Positions 48,534 through 60,687 of a DNA stretch of 64,000 nucleotides are shown in pieces. The translations under genes were made by a program, and so were the position numbers. Each line of letters begins with the position of its first letter. Within the stretch, counting starts at the first letter, position 1. The DNA comes from Mobula hypostoma (lineage: Eukaryota), in the NCBI RefSeq assembly GCF_963921235.1, contig NC_086108.1, forward strand, positions 36,582,001-36,646,000, in the 5' to 3' direction. The notes beneath the pieces were generated by a model. That model was given only the letters and a program-made list of their open reading frames with translations, made no database searches and was not told the DNA's origin.

Positions 48534-50241
48534 AGGCTAGAGCATGCTTCAAAATATCATTCCTAGTCAAGTCAGTATTTATATACTGATTGGCGTCATG
48601 ATCCATCTGTTCTGCATACTGCTGGCAGTCCTAAGGTATGTGTGCTAACCCCTTTACAAATAAGCCATCTGGCAGACTTCCTGTTCGAAGTATGTGCTTG
48701 CTCCCAACTCTAACATAATTAGCAATGGAAAAGAAAAGTAAAACTGGGAAGCTGAACCTGCTCCATAAAGTACTGATGAAATATAGATTCAGTATTCTAT
48801 TCACAAATATATTCAAGCCCATATCCCTTTCCCTTCCCCATTCCACGTTGATCAGCCATACCACCCTTCCTCCTTCTGTCCTGCTCCAAACTAAATGGGA
48901 CTAAGTTCATGTATAGACCTAAATGTAGACCTTTTAAAATTTTAAAATAATTTATTTCATCCTTTCCTAATTAAAATTGGACAGTATATAGAATAAGGAA
49001 CTGGTAGGCGAGGCACCATGATGTTCCAATGGGCCATGCAGAATAGTTAATAACTGAAAACTGAAATTACAACTGTTATTTTTATTCCCACACCAGTGAG
49101 GTGGTCTGATTTTGCAACTCCACTGAACAGCAAATTAATGATTCCCTCTCTTTTGTGGACTTTTCCAGCACTGGATTGGAATCTGAGACTAAATAGTTGA
49201 TTGTGAGATGCAGACTGACTTGCCATGCCTTCTGAAACTCAAAGATAAGAAGGAAATTAGTGCATTTAATTACTCACCTACAAACTTTGGATGCATTTTT
49301 AGCAGCAGATCACTGGTGGTCTGAAAGAGGCACATGGCTCTTCTGCAGTTCACTGTCAAGGTAACACGTGGATATGTGATAATATTTCATAGTCCCTCAA
49401 TCTGCATGTGGCTTTGGTGGCAATACTGATTGTCCTGGACTCCAGTACATCACTATGGTTTGAAGCATAATGCAGCTGTTAAAAGATACTAATCTACAGA
49501 TTTGTGATCGAGGGTAATTAGCATGGTTACAGTGTCAAACCTGAATCAATCATTAATTTTCTACATTTATTCTGTAATTGTGAAGTAGCACAACAGGAAT
49601 TGTCTTCGGCAGTTCCTTAGGACTGAGGTCAATTTGCTTCCACTTCAATTCTGTTGGACCTGAGTTTGCTCAGTGTGAAAGGGAGAATAATTCTACAACT
49701 GTCTGAAACCCTGCAGCATCTGACAGTCTTGTGATTTCTATCTCAGAGGCCGACGTCAGAAAATCTTTCAAGAGGGGGAACCCTTGCAAGGCATCAGACC
49801 CTGCTGGCGTACCTGGCAGGGTGCTGAAAACCTGTGCCAGTGAATTGGCTGGAGTGTTCAAGGACATCTTGAACTTCTGATTGCTATAGATGGAGATTCC
49901 CACCTGCTTCAAAAGAGCATCCAATCATACCGGTGTCTAAGAAGAGCAGTGTGAGCTGCCTCAAGGACTATTGTCTGGTAGTACTCACACCTACCGTGAT
50001 GAAGTGCTTTGACAGGTTGGTCATGGCTAGAACTAACTCAGGCCTGAGCAATTTGCCTATCTGCACAACAGATCTACAGTGGGTACAGTCTCGCTGACTC
50101 TCCACTGAGCCTTGGACAACTTGGACAACAGCAATGCCTATGTCCGGCTACTGTTAACTGACTACAGCTCAGCATTCAACACCATCATTCCCTCAGTGCT
50201 TATCATCAAGTTTCAAAACCTGGGCCTCTGTACTTCCACCT

Positions 50242-50743
50242 TGTATGAAATCAGGTTCATGGGTTTGGTGAGCGGGGATAGAAACACCTACTGCTGGTAA
50301 GTAAGTTAAATATTTATTTACAGGACATGACAGACACTAAAATATTTAGTAAACAAATTAAGTTACACCCAGTTACAAATACTTAACTGAAGTATGTGCT
50401 AGGGCCCTCTCTCACTGCAGCACCCCTCCACTGTTCCCATGGCACTAGTCATGCCCAGTCCGTTGGTGACCCAAAGAGCAAAAGAGAGACTGGTTGCTTT
50501 CAACACGCTGGATGCCTACTCCACCAGCCATGACATCATCAGCTGGTGCCCTGATGCCAAATGGCAGCCAGTCTAAGGGATGCAGTGATCCTTAAATGGG
50601 CCATTCACTAGCTAATATGGGGAAGTGGCTTTCAATGAACAGGTAAGATTGATTCTTACTGCAACAACCTACCTCTCGAAAGACGCACCGCCGTGATACT
50701 CGGTCCACAGGCTGTATAACCCCTGCCGATGCCCCACTATACA
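50242..50743 (-). repeat. ERV 3' LTR (502 bp)
   Basis: Terminal inverted repeat TGTAT...ATACA. Minus-strand AATAAA at 50313-50318 and a TATA-like ATTTAA near 50595. Abuts the interrupted Rex element. Confidence 0.7.
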
Positions 50744-50978
50744 GTTGTGCATTTAGTACTTCAGTAGTATCTGAATAATATTGTAAATACATTGATTGAT
50801 TAAGCATTCTGTTTGTTTAAATAGTTCATTATGGGCTATATGTAAAAATAAGTGAATTGGATATGTCATAATGCTACCACATGATATGGGCATGCCTCGC
50901 TTAAAGTAAACACAAAGTTAGACTCGCATTTCAGACTCCCGAGTCTTTCTTCCAATTAGTTTTATGTTTTGGAGTTAC
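50744..50978 (+). mobile_element. Unrelated AT-rich LTR-like repeat inserted between env and the ERV LTR
   Basis: Abrupt switch to AT-rich sequence that cuts env inside its TM helix and occupies the expected polypurine-tract position. Confidence 0.5.
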
Positions 50979-51940
50979 CCAGAATTATCAGCCCACCTAT
51001 TGCTACCCAGTGCGCTACAGTAGTCCACCAACCTCCCAATGCCCCTACAGACCACCAACCTCCTCCAGGGTATAGTAGTTTTGGAGCTGGTCCCTTACTT
51101 TCCTGATCTTATCATCACCAGATGTGTAATGTTCGCAGACTTGCCAAGATGTGGGTGCAGCATCTCTGACCAATCATGGCACAGGCTCCACATTTCTCTG
51201 TGAGCAGGTAATCCAAGGCCATCCAGAAAGCCATCATCTCAGCTGACACTCTGGTCAGTACCTCTGTATGATAGTGAGCTGCGGTCATCTGGTTGGCCAG
51301 CACTTCCATCACGGAGCGCATGCATATCCGTTCACGGGATAGCCTGGCCTCACCATACAGGAAATGGCTATCATCCAGAAGCTTTCTGCCTCTGTGATAC
51401 ACTACTTCCTGCGCTGACTCTTAATGGGCAAGGTGCTCATCCAGGGAATGCCCACCTTCACAGCACCGTTTGGCGCCAACACGGGCATCCCAGGATATTG
51501 CTCACACTCACTGTGGCCCATTGACTGATTGAACCAGCGCTCATCATACCACCTGTATCAACACTGCTTCTCCTTCCCTATAGGTAGAGGGATTATGCTC
51601 AGACTCCGGACCTTGGGAAACCATAGGGGAAGTATCACCTACTGAGCCTCAAGTTCTTTAAGGCCATTCCTATACAACAGGACGAGATTGGCTTGAATGG
51701 ACTACTCCCTCATGGCCTCCCCCCCCGGAGAAGCTGGACAAGTTCCTCCAACCATTCTGTTCTTCTTTGTCAAAGGCGATCAGTATCAGCGGCACCCCTT
51801 CCCAGTGTGGGTTGGCAGATCCAAAAGTCCAAGGAGTAGGTGTGCTTCATATACTTGTACTCCATCCATGGGAATGTGCTGCAGGATCTCACATCGACCA
51901 CTATCATCACCACTGCCGTCAGCATGCGCCACTTTGTCAT
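50979..51940 (-). pseudogene. Retroviral env (gamma-type), decayed and internally deleted
   Basis: Signal-like MTKWRMLTAVVMIVVDVRSC; DFWIC (CWxC-like); QRRK* furin-site remnant; fusion-peptide-like ITEAESFWMIAI; ISD MALDYLLTEKCG; CAMIGQRCC (CX6CC); GWW..GGWW..WVAIGGLIIL TM. Confidence 0.85.
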
Positions 51941-51982
51941 TTTGTAATGTAGGGAGACGCACGCTCATTCCCTTCTGGTTAA

Positions 51983-54900
51983 TCACTGGGTATTTAGACA
52001 GACTATCCCCTGTCTCCCCAGTAACAGCACCCACTGCACATTCAAAGGTACAGGCACCATGATCTCTCCCTGCTCTGGTGGCTGCTGTGGGTGCTGCACC
52101 CAAACCTTCCCTGATTCCTCCTCCAACTTCACCTCTTCCACCTTTGGAGGGTCCGACACTGCCGAGCGCTGGGACATCGGGGACGCTCCCGGGCCGGCTG
52201 CCTGGGAACTCAGATTGTCCACTGCCTGCTGCAGCACACTCAGCCACCCCTGAAAGGAGTGGGGTGGGGGTCAATAACTTGCTGTTTTAACAGTACGTTC
52301 AAATGGTTGATCAACCCTGCCACCTGTAGATAATATGGCATCTGGAACACCCACAAAATGCTGGAATTCTCAGCCCATTCCTTGACTTTGGCCCCTGCAA
52401 AATGTGAGCCATTGTCTGACTGAATCCCCCAGGGGACCTCATGCATGGATGACGTGTGCCGCAAATCTCTCCTGGTCAGTATGGCTGCAGAGCACCACCA
52501 CCAGGACCTCGGAATATGTGTCCGTCATTGTCAGCCCTTATCGTTTATTGTTCTGTGGCAGCAGCAGCCCTACATGACCAAATTACCATACCTGCAAGCC
52601 CCCCGTGTCCCTTCGGATACATCCTGAGGGACCACTGGCCATGCCCTGGGCCTAACTGTTGGCCACCTCTTGGGATTAACCTGCTGGCAGGTAGGGCAGC
52701 CCATAGCCGTCGTACTGGCCTCATCTACATCAACGGAGCTGTAGTGGAGCATGTATCAAGCTTCAAATTCCTTGGTGTCCACATTTCCGAGGATCTCACT
52801 TCGTCCCTGAACTCCTCCATCCTGATCAAAAAGGTGCAACAGCGCCTTTATTTCCTGCGGAGCATCAAGAAAGCTCACCTCTGTCCCAGGATACTGACAG
52901 ACTTTTACCGCTGTACCATTGAGAGCATACTCACCAACTGCATCTCAGTGTGGTATGGCAATTGTCCCGTATCGGACTGCAAAGCACTCCAGCGTGTGGT
53001 GAAAACTGCCCAGCGGATTATCAGCACCCAATTGCCCACCATTGAGAACATCTACCATAAACGCTGCCTGGGCAGGGTGAAAAGCATTATCAGGGATGCA
53101 TCTCACCCTAACCATGGACTTTTTACTCTCCTCCCATCCGGTAGGCGATACAGGAGCCTCCGCTCCCACACCAGCAGGCACAGGAAGAGCTTCTTCCCTG
53201 AGGCTGTGACACTGCTCAACCTCACATCACAGTGCTAAGCAGTATTGCACCCATATTGTACTGTCTCAGTAGTTTTATCTTTGTGTGCTGTAGCACTTAC
53301 TTTTTATTCACAGTTATTTTGTAAATAAGACTATTCTTTGCATTTCTGGTCAGATACTAACAGCATTTCCTTGGCTTTGTATCTGTACTTGGCACAATGA
53401 CAATAAAGTTGAAGCTAATCTAATCTAATCTATTCAAATATCAACGTAACCCCTCGAGCTTCTGCCCATTTCCTTGCTCCTTGTCCCCAGATGTCTGCTC
53501 TTCTGACGTGCCCACACTGTCAGGCACTCATGGTCTTCCTCCTTGGAAAACACTATGGCAGTCATAATCTATGCTGCATGATCAACAGCAGTGCTGTGTA
53601 TGGCCTCCTCATTCCCCGGAGGGGTGTGGGGAACTACATGCTGGACTGTGCTTAGGTGTCGATGTGTATCTTCCCAATAGGGGGCGTCGCTCATGCACCT
53701 CCCAATTCTGTCCATGCCAATAATGCATGCACACCGCCATGCCGTTAGGCACTGTCCAAGAGTTGGTCTAGATCCTTACAGGCCACGTTGCCCCATGGAG
53801 GGGCAGGTTTGCAGCTACCCGCTCTGCCCATTGGCTAGATCCACCTGGGTAACCACCCTCCCTGTCGCAGAGTGGTGAGCAGCAGCCTTCCACTACTATT
53901 TACCACTCCGCCGAGGGCTGGAGCTGTCGGTAAGCCAGACTTGCTCTCCTGCTCAGCAGTCAGCTCAGCCTAGCGTTCACCCCACTGCATGGTGAGGGGT
54001 CAATGATGGGATTCTCATCGGGGGTCATTATCAGAGAGAGGCGTGACCTGCTGTGGAAGCGGCTCACCCCAGTGGGATCCTTCTCTGTCACTTCCACTTG
54101 ACAATGGAAGACAGCTTGGCATGGCTCTCTCTGTGGGTTACATGGTCAGACTTTACCAACTGCATGAAAGGGAATTGTGGTCACAGCATAAATGACCCAG
54201 AGGCAGTCTGATGTTATGTGGCTCAGTAGCAAGCCAACAGTTGCCTCTCAAAGGTGGTGTGTCATATTGCTACCTCTGGAAGGGATTTTAAGCAAAGTCT
54301 TTGCATCAGCTCCCACAGGCTCCACTCATCCACCCTGGGAGCAGCTGAGACCTGCAGCTCGGATGGCACCTCGCTCTGTCTAGGGCCCAAGGGGGAGGGA
54401 CTGAACTATCACCTGCCTGGCGGTTTCAAAGGCCGTCTGCTGCTCGGGACCCCATTGGAAGGTGGTCTTTTTCTGGGAGACCTGGTACAGGGGAAGCAGC
54501 ATCATCGTCAGCCAGTACCCCAGCAGCCCCACAAACTGCTGCATCTCCTCTTTGGTGTTGGGGGCTGCGGCACTTAAGATCTCGCGCTGCCCAGAATGCC
54601 ATCGTATGCTGTGGAATGTGACGTTGTGGCTGTATCTTATCAGGGTTGATGAACCAGCCCCGTTCCCTGCAGAGAGGTGACTATCTTATCCAGGGTCTAC
54701 CTCACTGCCTTCTGCGAGGGTCCTTGTAGCAGCAAGCTGTTGATGTAGTGGATACAGAGGCGGGTAGGGCCCCCTGCAGGTCTCAGGCAATCATGCCATA
54801 GCACGAGGAGGGACCGTGGTCGTATCCGTGCGGGGGGCAGCAAAATGTGCACTGTTTATCCTCCCAGGCAACAGTGAACTGGTCCTGTTACTCCAAACTC

Positions 54901-55560
54901 ATGGGGTAGAGAAGAAGACATTGGCCAGGTCTGCTGCTGCACGCCAATGCTTCCCCTCCCTACACTACATCCGGGACAGCTGCTGTGAAGGGCGGTGCAT
55001 CCCTGTTTGACGGTCAATAGTTGATGTTTATGTCCCAGCTGCCATCCTGCTTCCACACGGGCTAATCAGGTCTATTGCAGGAGAGGGATGCAGGATAGAT
55101 GACCCCCTCCCACACCAGGGCCTTCACAGCCTCCCTGACGTCTCTGGTGCCTCCTGGGATCTTGTTCGGCTTAATGTTAACAACCTTGGTTGGGGTGTGG
55201 GGGAGGATGCAGAATCATCAAAGTCTCCCACTTGGCCAAGCACTCTGGTACCTTGACCCATGCCACCCTGAGGGTAAAACACCCTCTCCTGTCTGCAGGG
55301 AGCTACCCCTTGCCACATTCATGCCCAGAATGCACTCAAGGGAGGCTGCCACCAAGACAGTCATGAGTCCAGAGGCTGGGGGGTGGGCGGGGAGCTGAGC
55401 CCCAGAACTCCTCTATAGTAGCCCTGGGATCCCGGCAGCTATTGAGGTCACCCAGAATGATGGTGTGCTTGGCATCGGTGTCCACCAGTGCCATCCATCT
55501 CTGCACAGTCTCATGGTACTGCAATAGGTACGTAAGGCCTTGGGTCCCCTGGCTAGGAAA
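51983..55560 (-). pseudogene. Retroviral pro-pol (protease, RT, RNase H, integrase), many stops and frameshifts
   Basis: LVDTDAKHTIILGD (~55480); DLANVFFS..QDQFTVAWEDKQCTF (~54850-54930); HYINSLLL (~54740); WLTDSS..WKAAAHH (~53900); CPTCQQ; IQSDNGSHF..VKEWA..WVFQMPYYLQVAGLINHLNVLLK; GKVWV..GEI. Confidence 0.85.
52714..53432 (+). mobile_element. Young Rex1/Babar 3' fragment inserted in the ERV integrase
   Basis: Open frame LIYINGAVVEHVSSFKFLGVHISEDL..LPSGRRYRS..SFFPEAVTLLN*. AATAAA and (CTAAT)n tail. Confidence 0.9.
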
Positions 55561-55790
55561 GGGTGCCAATCTTATTCACCGGGAGCACTGACCCCATCCC
55601 TACATGGGTGGGATGAGAGGGTGCCACCACTGCCCAACCCCTGCTACTGCTGAAGGTCCACCAGTGGCTTTTCCAGAACCTCCAGAGATGGATCTAGGGA
55701 ACCCTGAGAGAATGTGAGGAATCCTGTGGAGAACGGAAAGACCCTTTATTATGGTAGGGCTTGGAGAATGACCTTTCTCCTTAACAGTCT

Positions 55791-56735
55791 CCTTGCCTCT
55801 TTTCCCTCAGCACTGCTCCCTCCACATGGCATAGAGAGGCTTATCTACCTGGTCCCTGGTGCCCCCTGCTCTGAACAATGCCAAAAATATTTTCTTACAG
55901 GTCATATCTTGCATCGGCTCCACTGCTCAGGCAGTGGTTGATTGCTGAGTTGATGTCTGCTTTTGAGGAGAGAATGTTGTCAAGGTGTGGAAAGATGTCT
56001 ACGTTTTCAAGGGCAATATCATTAACTTTATGGAGGGCCCACTGCTCTACTCTCTGTACACTCATGATGGTGTGGCTAGGCACAACTCCAGTGCCATTTA
56101 TAAGTTCACCAATGACACAACTGTTGGCAATCTCAGAAGGTGACAAGGATGTACAGGAGTGAGATACTGTCGTTCGGCTGGTTGCGTGGCTTTGTGATAG
56201 CAACCTTGCACTCAAAGTAAGACCAAGGAATTGATTGTGGACTTCAGGAAGAGGAAATCTGGAGAACACACAGCCGACCTCGCCGAGGAGTCAGCAGTGG
56301 AAAGGATGAATGGCTTCAAGTTCCTGGATGTCACCATCTTAGAGGAACTATCCTGGTCCAACATATTGATGAAATCACGAAGGAAGTATGCAACCGCTGT
56401 ACTTCGTTAGGAGTTTGAGAAGATTTGGTATGTTATCAAAGACTCTAGAAAATTTCTATAGATGTATCGTAGAGGCCATTCTGGCATGAAGGCTCCAACA
56501 CCCTTGAAAATGTAGACACCTTTCCACATCTTGGCAACGTTCTCTCCTCAAAAGCAGACATCGACTCAGCGATCAACCACAGCCTGAGTAGTGGAGCCTA
56601 TGCAAGATATGACATGTAAGAAAATATTTTTGGCATTGCTCAGAGCAGGGGTTGCCAGGGAGCAGGTAGATAAGCTTCCCACTCCCACCCTCTATGTCAT
56701 GTGGAGGGGGCACTGCTGAGGGAAACGAGGCAAGG
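55791..56735. repeat. Inverted duplication: 55791-56013 versus 56501-56735
   Basis: The two ~230-bp segments are reverse complements with scattered mismatches and one ~11-nt indel. Confidence 0.9.
55915..56035 (-). mobile_element. RTE-clade RT fragment at the ERV deletion breakpoint
   Basis: Minus strand reads KVNDIALENVDIFPHLDNILSSKADINSAINHCL, matching RTE LENV..F.YLGS.LS..ADID.EI..R. Confidence 0.65.
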
Positions 56736-58150
56736 TTTGCAGACTCAGCCATCTCCATCATGTGCATCATCGAGGACATCTTCAAAAGGCGATGCCTCAG
56801 GAAAGTGGCGTTAATTATTCAGAATTCTCACCATCCAGGAGATGCCCTCTGGGAAGAGGTACAGGAGCCTGAACACACACTCTGCATTTTAGGAAAAGCT
56901 TCTTCCCCTATGCCAACAGCTTTCTGAACAGCCTAGGGATGTTACCTCACTGTTTTGCTCTCTGTTTGCACTATCTATTTATTTTATATTTCTTACCCTA
57001 ATTTATAGCAATTTTTTAATGCCTTGCACTATACCACTGCCAAAAAAACAACAGATTTCATGACATATGTCAGTGATAATTAACTTGATCCTGATTCTGA
57101 CAAGGTTAATGTAGAGTCAGCATGCTCTGCCACATGGCACAGGAGAAACCCTACATGGTCATCTGATGGGTGCTTGGGGAGATGGTGTATCTGTTCACCG
57201 TTTACATTATGATCTCATGTGCTTCGGCTGTGTAGGCTCAGGATTCTCAGCGCCACCCACAGCTCCTCAATCAACTTTAATGTTCACGGGCCAGGGGTTC
57301 TCAGGGGTCAGTGGGGATGGTGCATCTTTTCAAGTTGTTGAGAACATCTGTGGGGGGATATTTTCCTCTGTCCATTGGTAATGTCCAGTGGAAGGAATCG
57401 AGTACTTGTTTTGGAAACTAAAACGATGCAGCTTCCCCAAGAGAACGGTGTCAGTAGGGCCCCAATGCTGGTGATGTTGACCTGGAATGAGATGCTGATG
57501 TTGGTTCAATTATGTTTTGTGGTGGATTTGAAGCTTCATGAGCGCAGCATTTGCTATTTCTCTCCAGTGTCTTGAGCACCCTTAATATACAGAAAAGAAA
57601 AGGAATTTCATGAGCAAAGTGAAACACATCCACGTATGGAGATATTGATGCTTCAAACAAACGGGTCAAAGGGATAGTTTTCAAGGAGCATCCAGAAGCA
57701 GCAATAAGTTTGGAGAGGTTGAAGAGGAGGAATTCTGGGATCTAGCAGATGAATAGGAGGAGAGCAGATCTCTTGTTTATACAGTTGGAGGATGATAAAG
57801 AGTATCACTAGAACACAATGAGAATTTAAACATTTTTGATATTGCTTAAGTGGGAACAAGAGTTTGCTAGAAAGTACAGAATGACTGGGGAAAGTGACAT
57901 GGCACTATTGAGGTATATAGCAAAGTTTTGAATTATTTTTGGTACATCAGTGACGTTTGCCTCCCCCTTCTCCACTAGCAGCATACTTTGAAAATCAAGA
58001 AAGATTTTGGATGCTGGCAATCTTAAGTAATAACAAAAATTGCGTAAAATATTCAGTAGGTTCGTTTGCATTTGTGGCAAGAGAAGCAGGGTTAATGTCG
58101 GAGGTCAAAGGTCCTTTCTTTTTATTTTAGACATCCTGAGAAGTTTAGTT

Positions 58151-58443
58151 ATAGAAACATAGAAACATAGAAAATAGGTGCAGGAGTAGGCCATTCGGCC
58201 CTTCGAGCCTGCATCGCCATTTATTATGATCATGGCTGATCATCCAACTCAGAACCCCGCCCCAGCCTTCCCTCCATACCCCCTGACCCCCGTAGCCACA
58301 AGGGCCATATCTAACCCCCTCTTAAATATGGCCAATGAACTGGCCTCAACTGTTTCCTGTGGCAGAGAATTCCACAGATTCACCACTCTCTGTGTGAAGA
58401 AGTTTTTCCTAATCTCGGTCCTAAAAGGCTTCCCCTCTATCCT
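58151..58443 (-). mobile_element. Short 3' copy of the young CR1 family of 34691-38270
   Basis: Near-identical reverse complement of ~37980-38270, (CATAGAAA)n tail, possible TSD TTATA. Confidence 0.95.
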
Positions 58444-58524
58444 ATTATAAAACTCTCTAGGTATCTATCAAGACAATGGCAGCATGTATCATGGAAAAAT
58501 TGTCCAACTGTACTGAAGGTAGGA

Positions 58525-58775
58525 CAAATAAAAAGCTGCAGATGCTGAAAATTTACAATAAAAATTGAAAATGTGGCATATACTCAGCAAGTTGAACAGC
58601 ATCAGTGGAAAAAAAACAGCTATCATTCCAGTCAACGACCTTCCATCAGAACTAAGAAAAGCTGAAAAAAATCATTGAGTAGTGGTGCCAGTTGAAAGAG
58701 GGTTTTAGTTGATTTAAACATTATTTCCATTCACTCTCCATAAATCCTACCTGGCCTAATGAGCATTTCCAGTTT
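58525..58775. mobile_element. Penelope-like terminal remnant
   Basis: gctgcagatgctgaaaat..tactcagcaagttgaacagcatc..ccttccatcagaact, then an opposite-orientation block (cctggcctaatgagcatttccag). Confidence 0.5.
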
Positions 58776-60687
58776 GTTTAACAGCTCAACAGTTTTAATG
58801 CATTGTTTTCTGGTGAAATACTGTTTTCCGCAGGAACTGTTCTGGTAACCTATATATTCAGAGGGAGCTCACTTCTTAACTATGTTTTTGTGATTGACAG
58901 ACTGAGACTAGATCAATTACTTGCTAGTTTTGTGAATATAACATACCTTTTTTTTCATACATGGTGCCGAGGCGATTCCTACATTATGAATCTGATTATG
59001 CAACTAAGAATAGTTTACTGTTTGTAAAGTGATTTAGGATATTCTGTTGTTGTGACTGGTGTCCAGAAATCCAAAACCGTTTTTTTCTAACATTTGGTGC
59101 TTTAGCCTCACCTTGTCAGTTAAATTTGGAAATGTTTCAAAGAATCCTCATAATCAACAGAAGTATTTTTCAGTATCTCTTCAAATCAGAACTACAGATT
59201 GGAAGTATAACTTTTGCCATAACTTTTGTCTTGTTACCATACCTGGGAAAATATTACTTGATCTATGATGCCAACCACATGTTCCTATTTATTCTGAATT
59301 GTGACAATTAATTGGGTGTGTCAGAAACATCTGGAACTAAATCCAGGAATGAGAATGTAGAGAGGTAGGAGGTGAGAATTAAAATTACTTGGAACAAACA
59401 TTCAGTGAACATCATGATTTACAATCTAAATGAATAGACATAGTTCTAAGTTAAGGTTCTATTTGCTATGGTTGTTGAAAAAGAGTGAAATACTTTGTCA
59501 GTTGTAGACCTGATCTTACAATATAGAAGTGGGTGCAGTGAGGAGAGCTGTGTTAAATGACATCTGAATTCCTAGGTGACATTTTCCTACAGGATATGCA
59601 TTTTAATAATAAAAAAGTTAACAAGGCGACTCTTGAAAGTTTTTTTCTTGGATTTTAAATAATAGATGATCAGATTTAACTTCCGTAGCCAAAGTAAGAA
59701 TTGTTACATTGCTAAGGCAATTGCACAACTAATAATTTTGGACTATGAAGACTAACTAGAAATTTGTGGCTCTGAGCTGTTCCTGTGAACAGAGAACAGA
59801 CACCGAGGCAATTATTTCAGATTCAAGCCTCCAAACAGATGTAAAGTAGGTGCTGGGCTGATAAAATGTGCCTGGTTTAAAAGTTAGCTTTTTTTTAAAA
59901 AGGGGGAAGGTTGACATTAAAAATAAATCTCTCCTTACTCTGTACTGCAGAATGAGTGGTAATTATGCATAATTTAATTATAATTTTAGTTAAGGAATCT
60001 TGCTTCAGAACATAGCCATTTGTCGCTAATTGCTAATGATTTAAACATGCCTAAAGGTACCAACACAGGAAATTGTGTATGGTTCTCAGTTTTGATTAGG
60101 AGGAACTTTACTTTTGAAATTGTTAAATGATGTCTCCACCTGATGTAAAAGTGTGGAGTTCTGAATAAGTCACTCAAGATCGAATGGCAGAACAAATGCG
60201 ATGGGCCAATTGATCTAATTTTGCTCGTATGTCTTATGTCCCAGAATGCTACAGGATACCTTATGGATTGACGAAGAGAATGCACGGGTTCTTGGGAGTG
60301 ATGCTGGGTGTACTAAAGAGGGTTCATTCGTAATAGGGATTCAAGCACCAACAATGACTAATGCAGGAACTTGCCGACCAGGTTGTTGCTTGAAACCAGT
60401 CCATGGGACATGGTGTTGAGAATGATAAATTAATGAGCTACCTTAAGTGACCAAAATTAATATTGCATCTCAGATACACAAATCTCAATTACTGTACCAC
60501 CACCTCTTGCAATTGCAGGACTCTTTGTCCACTATTTAAACTAGCCCTACTCACACCTCAAAGACTGCACTTCAGTGCTGTGAGATATCATGCATGCACA
60601 TACACACTGATAAATATACTCATCTGCGACCACTGTTCTTTTCCTTTCAGCACACTATGGTGCGGAACAAATGGTACTAGGACTACA

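Larger units (their letters stand above)
50242..55905 (-). mobile_element. Endogenous retrovirus, 5'-deleted (gag end, pro-pol, env, 3' LTR); ERV-L/ERV-S-like pol with gamma-type env
   Basis: Ordered minus-strand remnants: gag C-terminus, LVDTDA protease, DLANVFFS and HYINSLLL (YIDD-like) RT, RNase H, integrase CPTC and SDNGSHF, env ISD/CX6CC/TM, LTR. Confidence 0.85.
49670..57100 (+). mobile_element. Rex1/Babar LINE hosting the ERV (pieces 49670-50241, 56035-56500, 56736-57100)
   Basis: Collinear RT motifs on both sides of the [27 protein letters not shown], then [14 protein letters not shown], then KVALIIQNSHHPG. CTGATT-type tail near 57095. Confidence 0.75.

Noticed and set aside
51786..52274. 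162-aa minus ORF as a possible retroviral accessory gene between pol and env
   Set aside because: Overlaps the integrase C-terminus and env start in another frame, in GC-rich decayed DNA. A single copy gives no support.
52456..53238. 260-aa + strand ORF
   Set aside because: Chimera of antisense ERV integrase DNA and the inserted Rex 3' coding fragment; not a gene.
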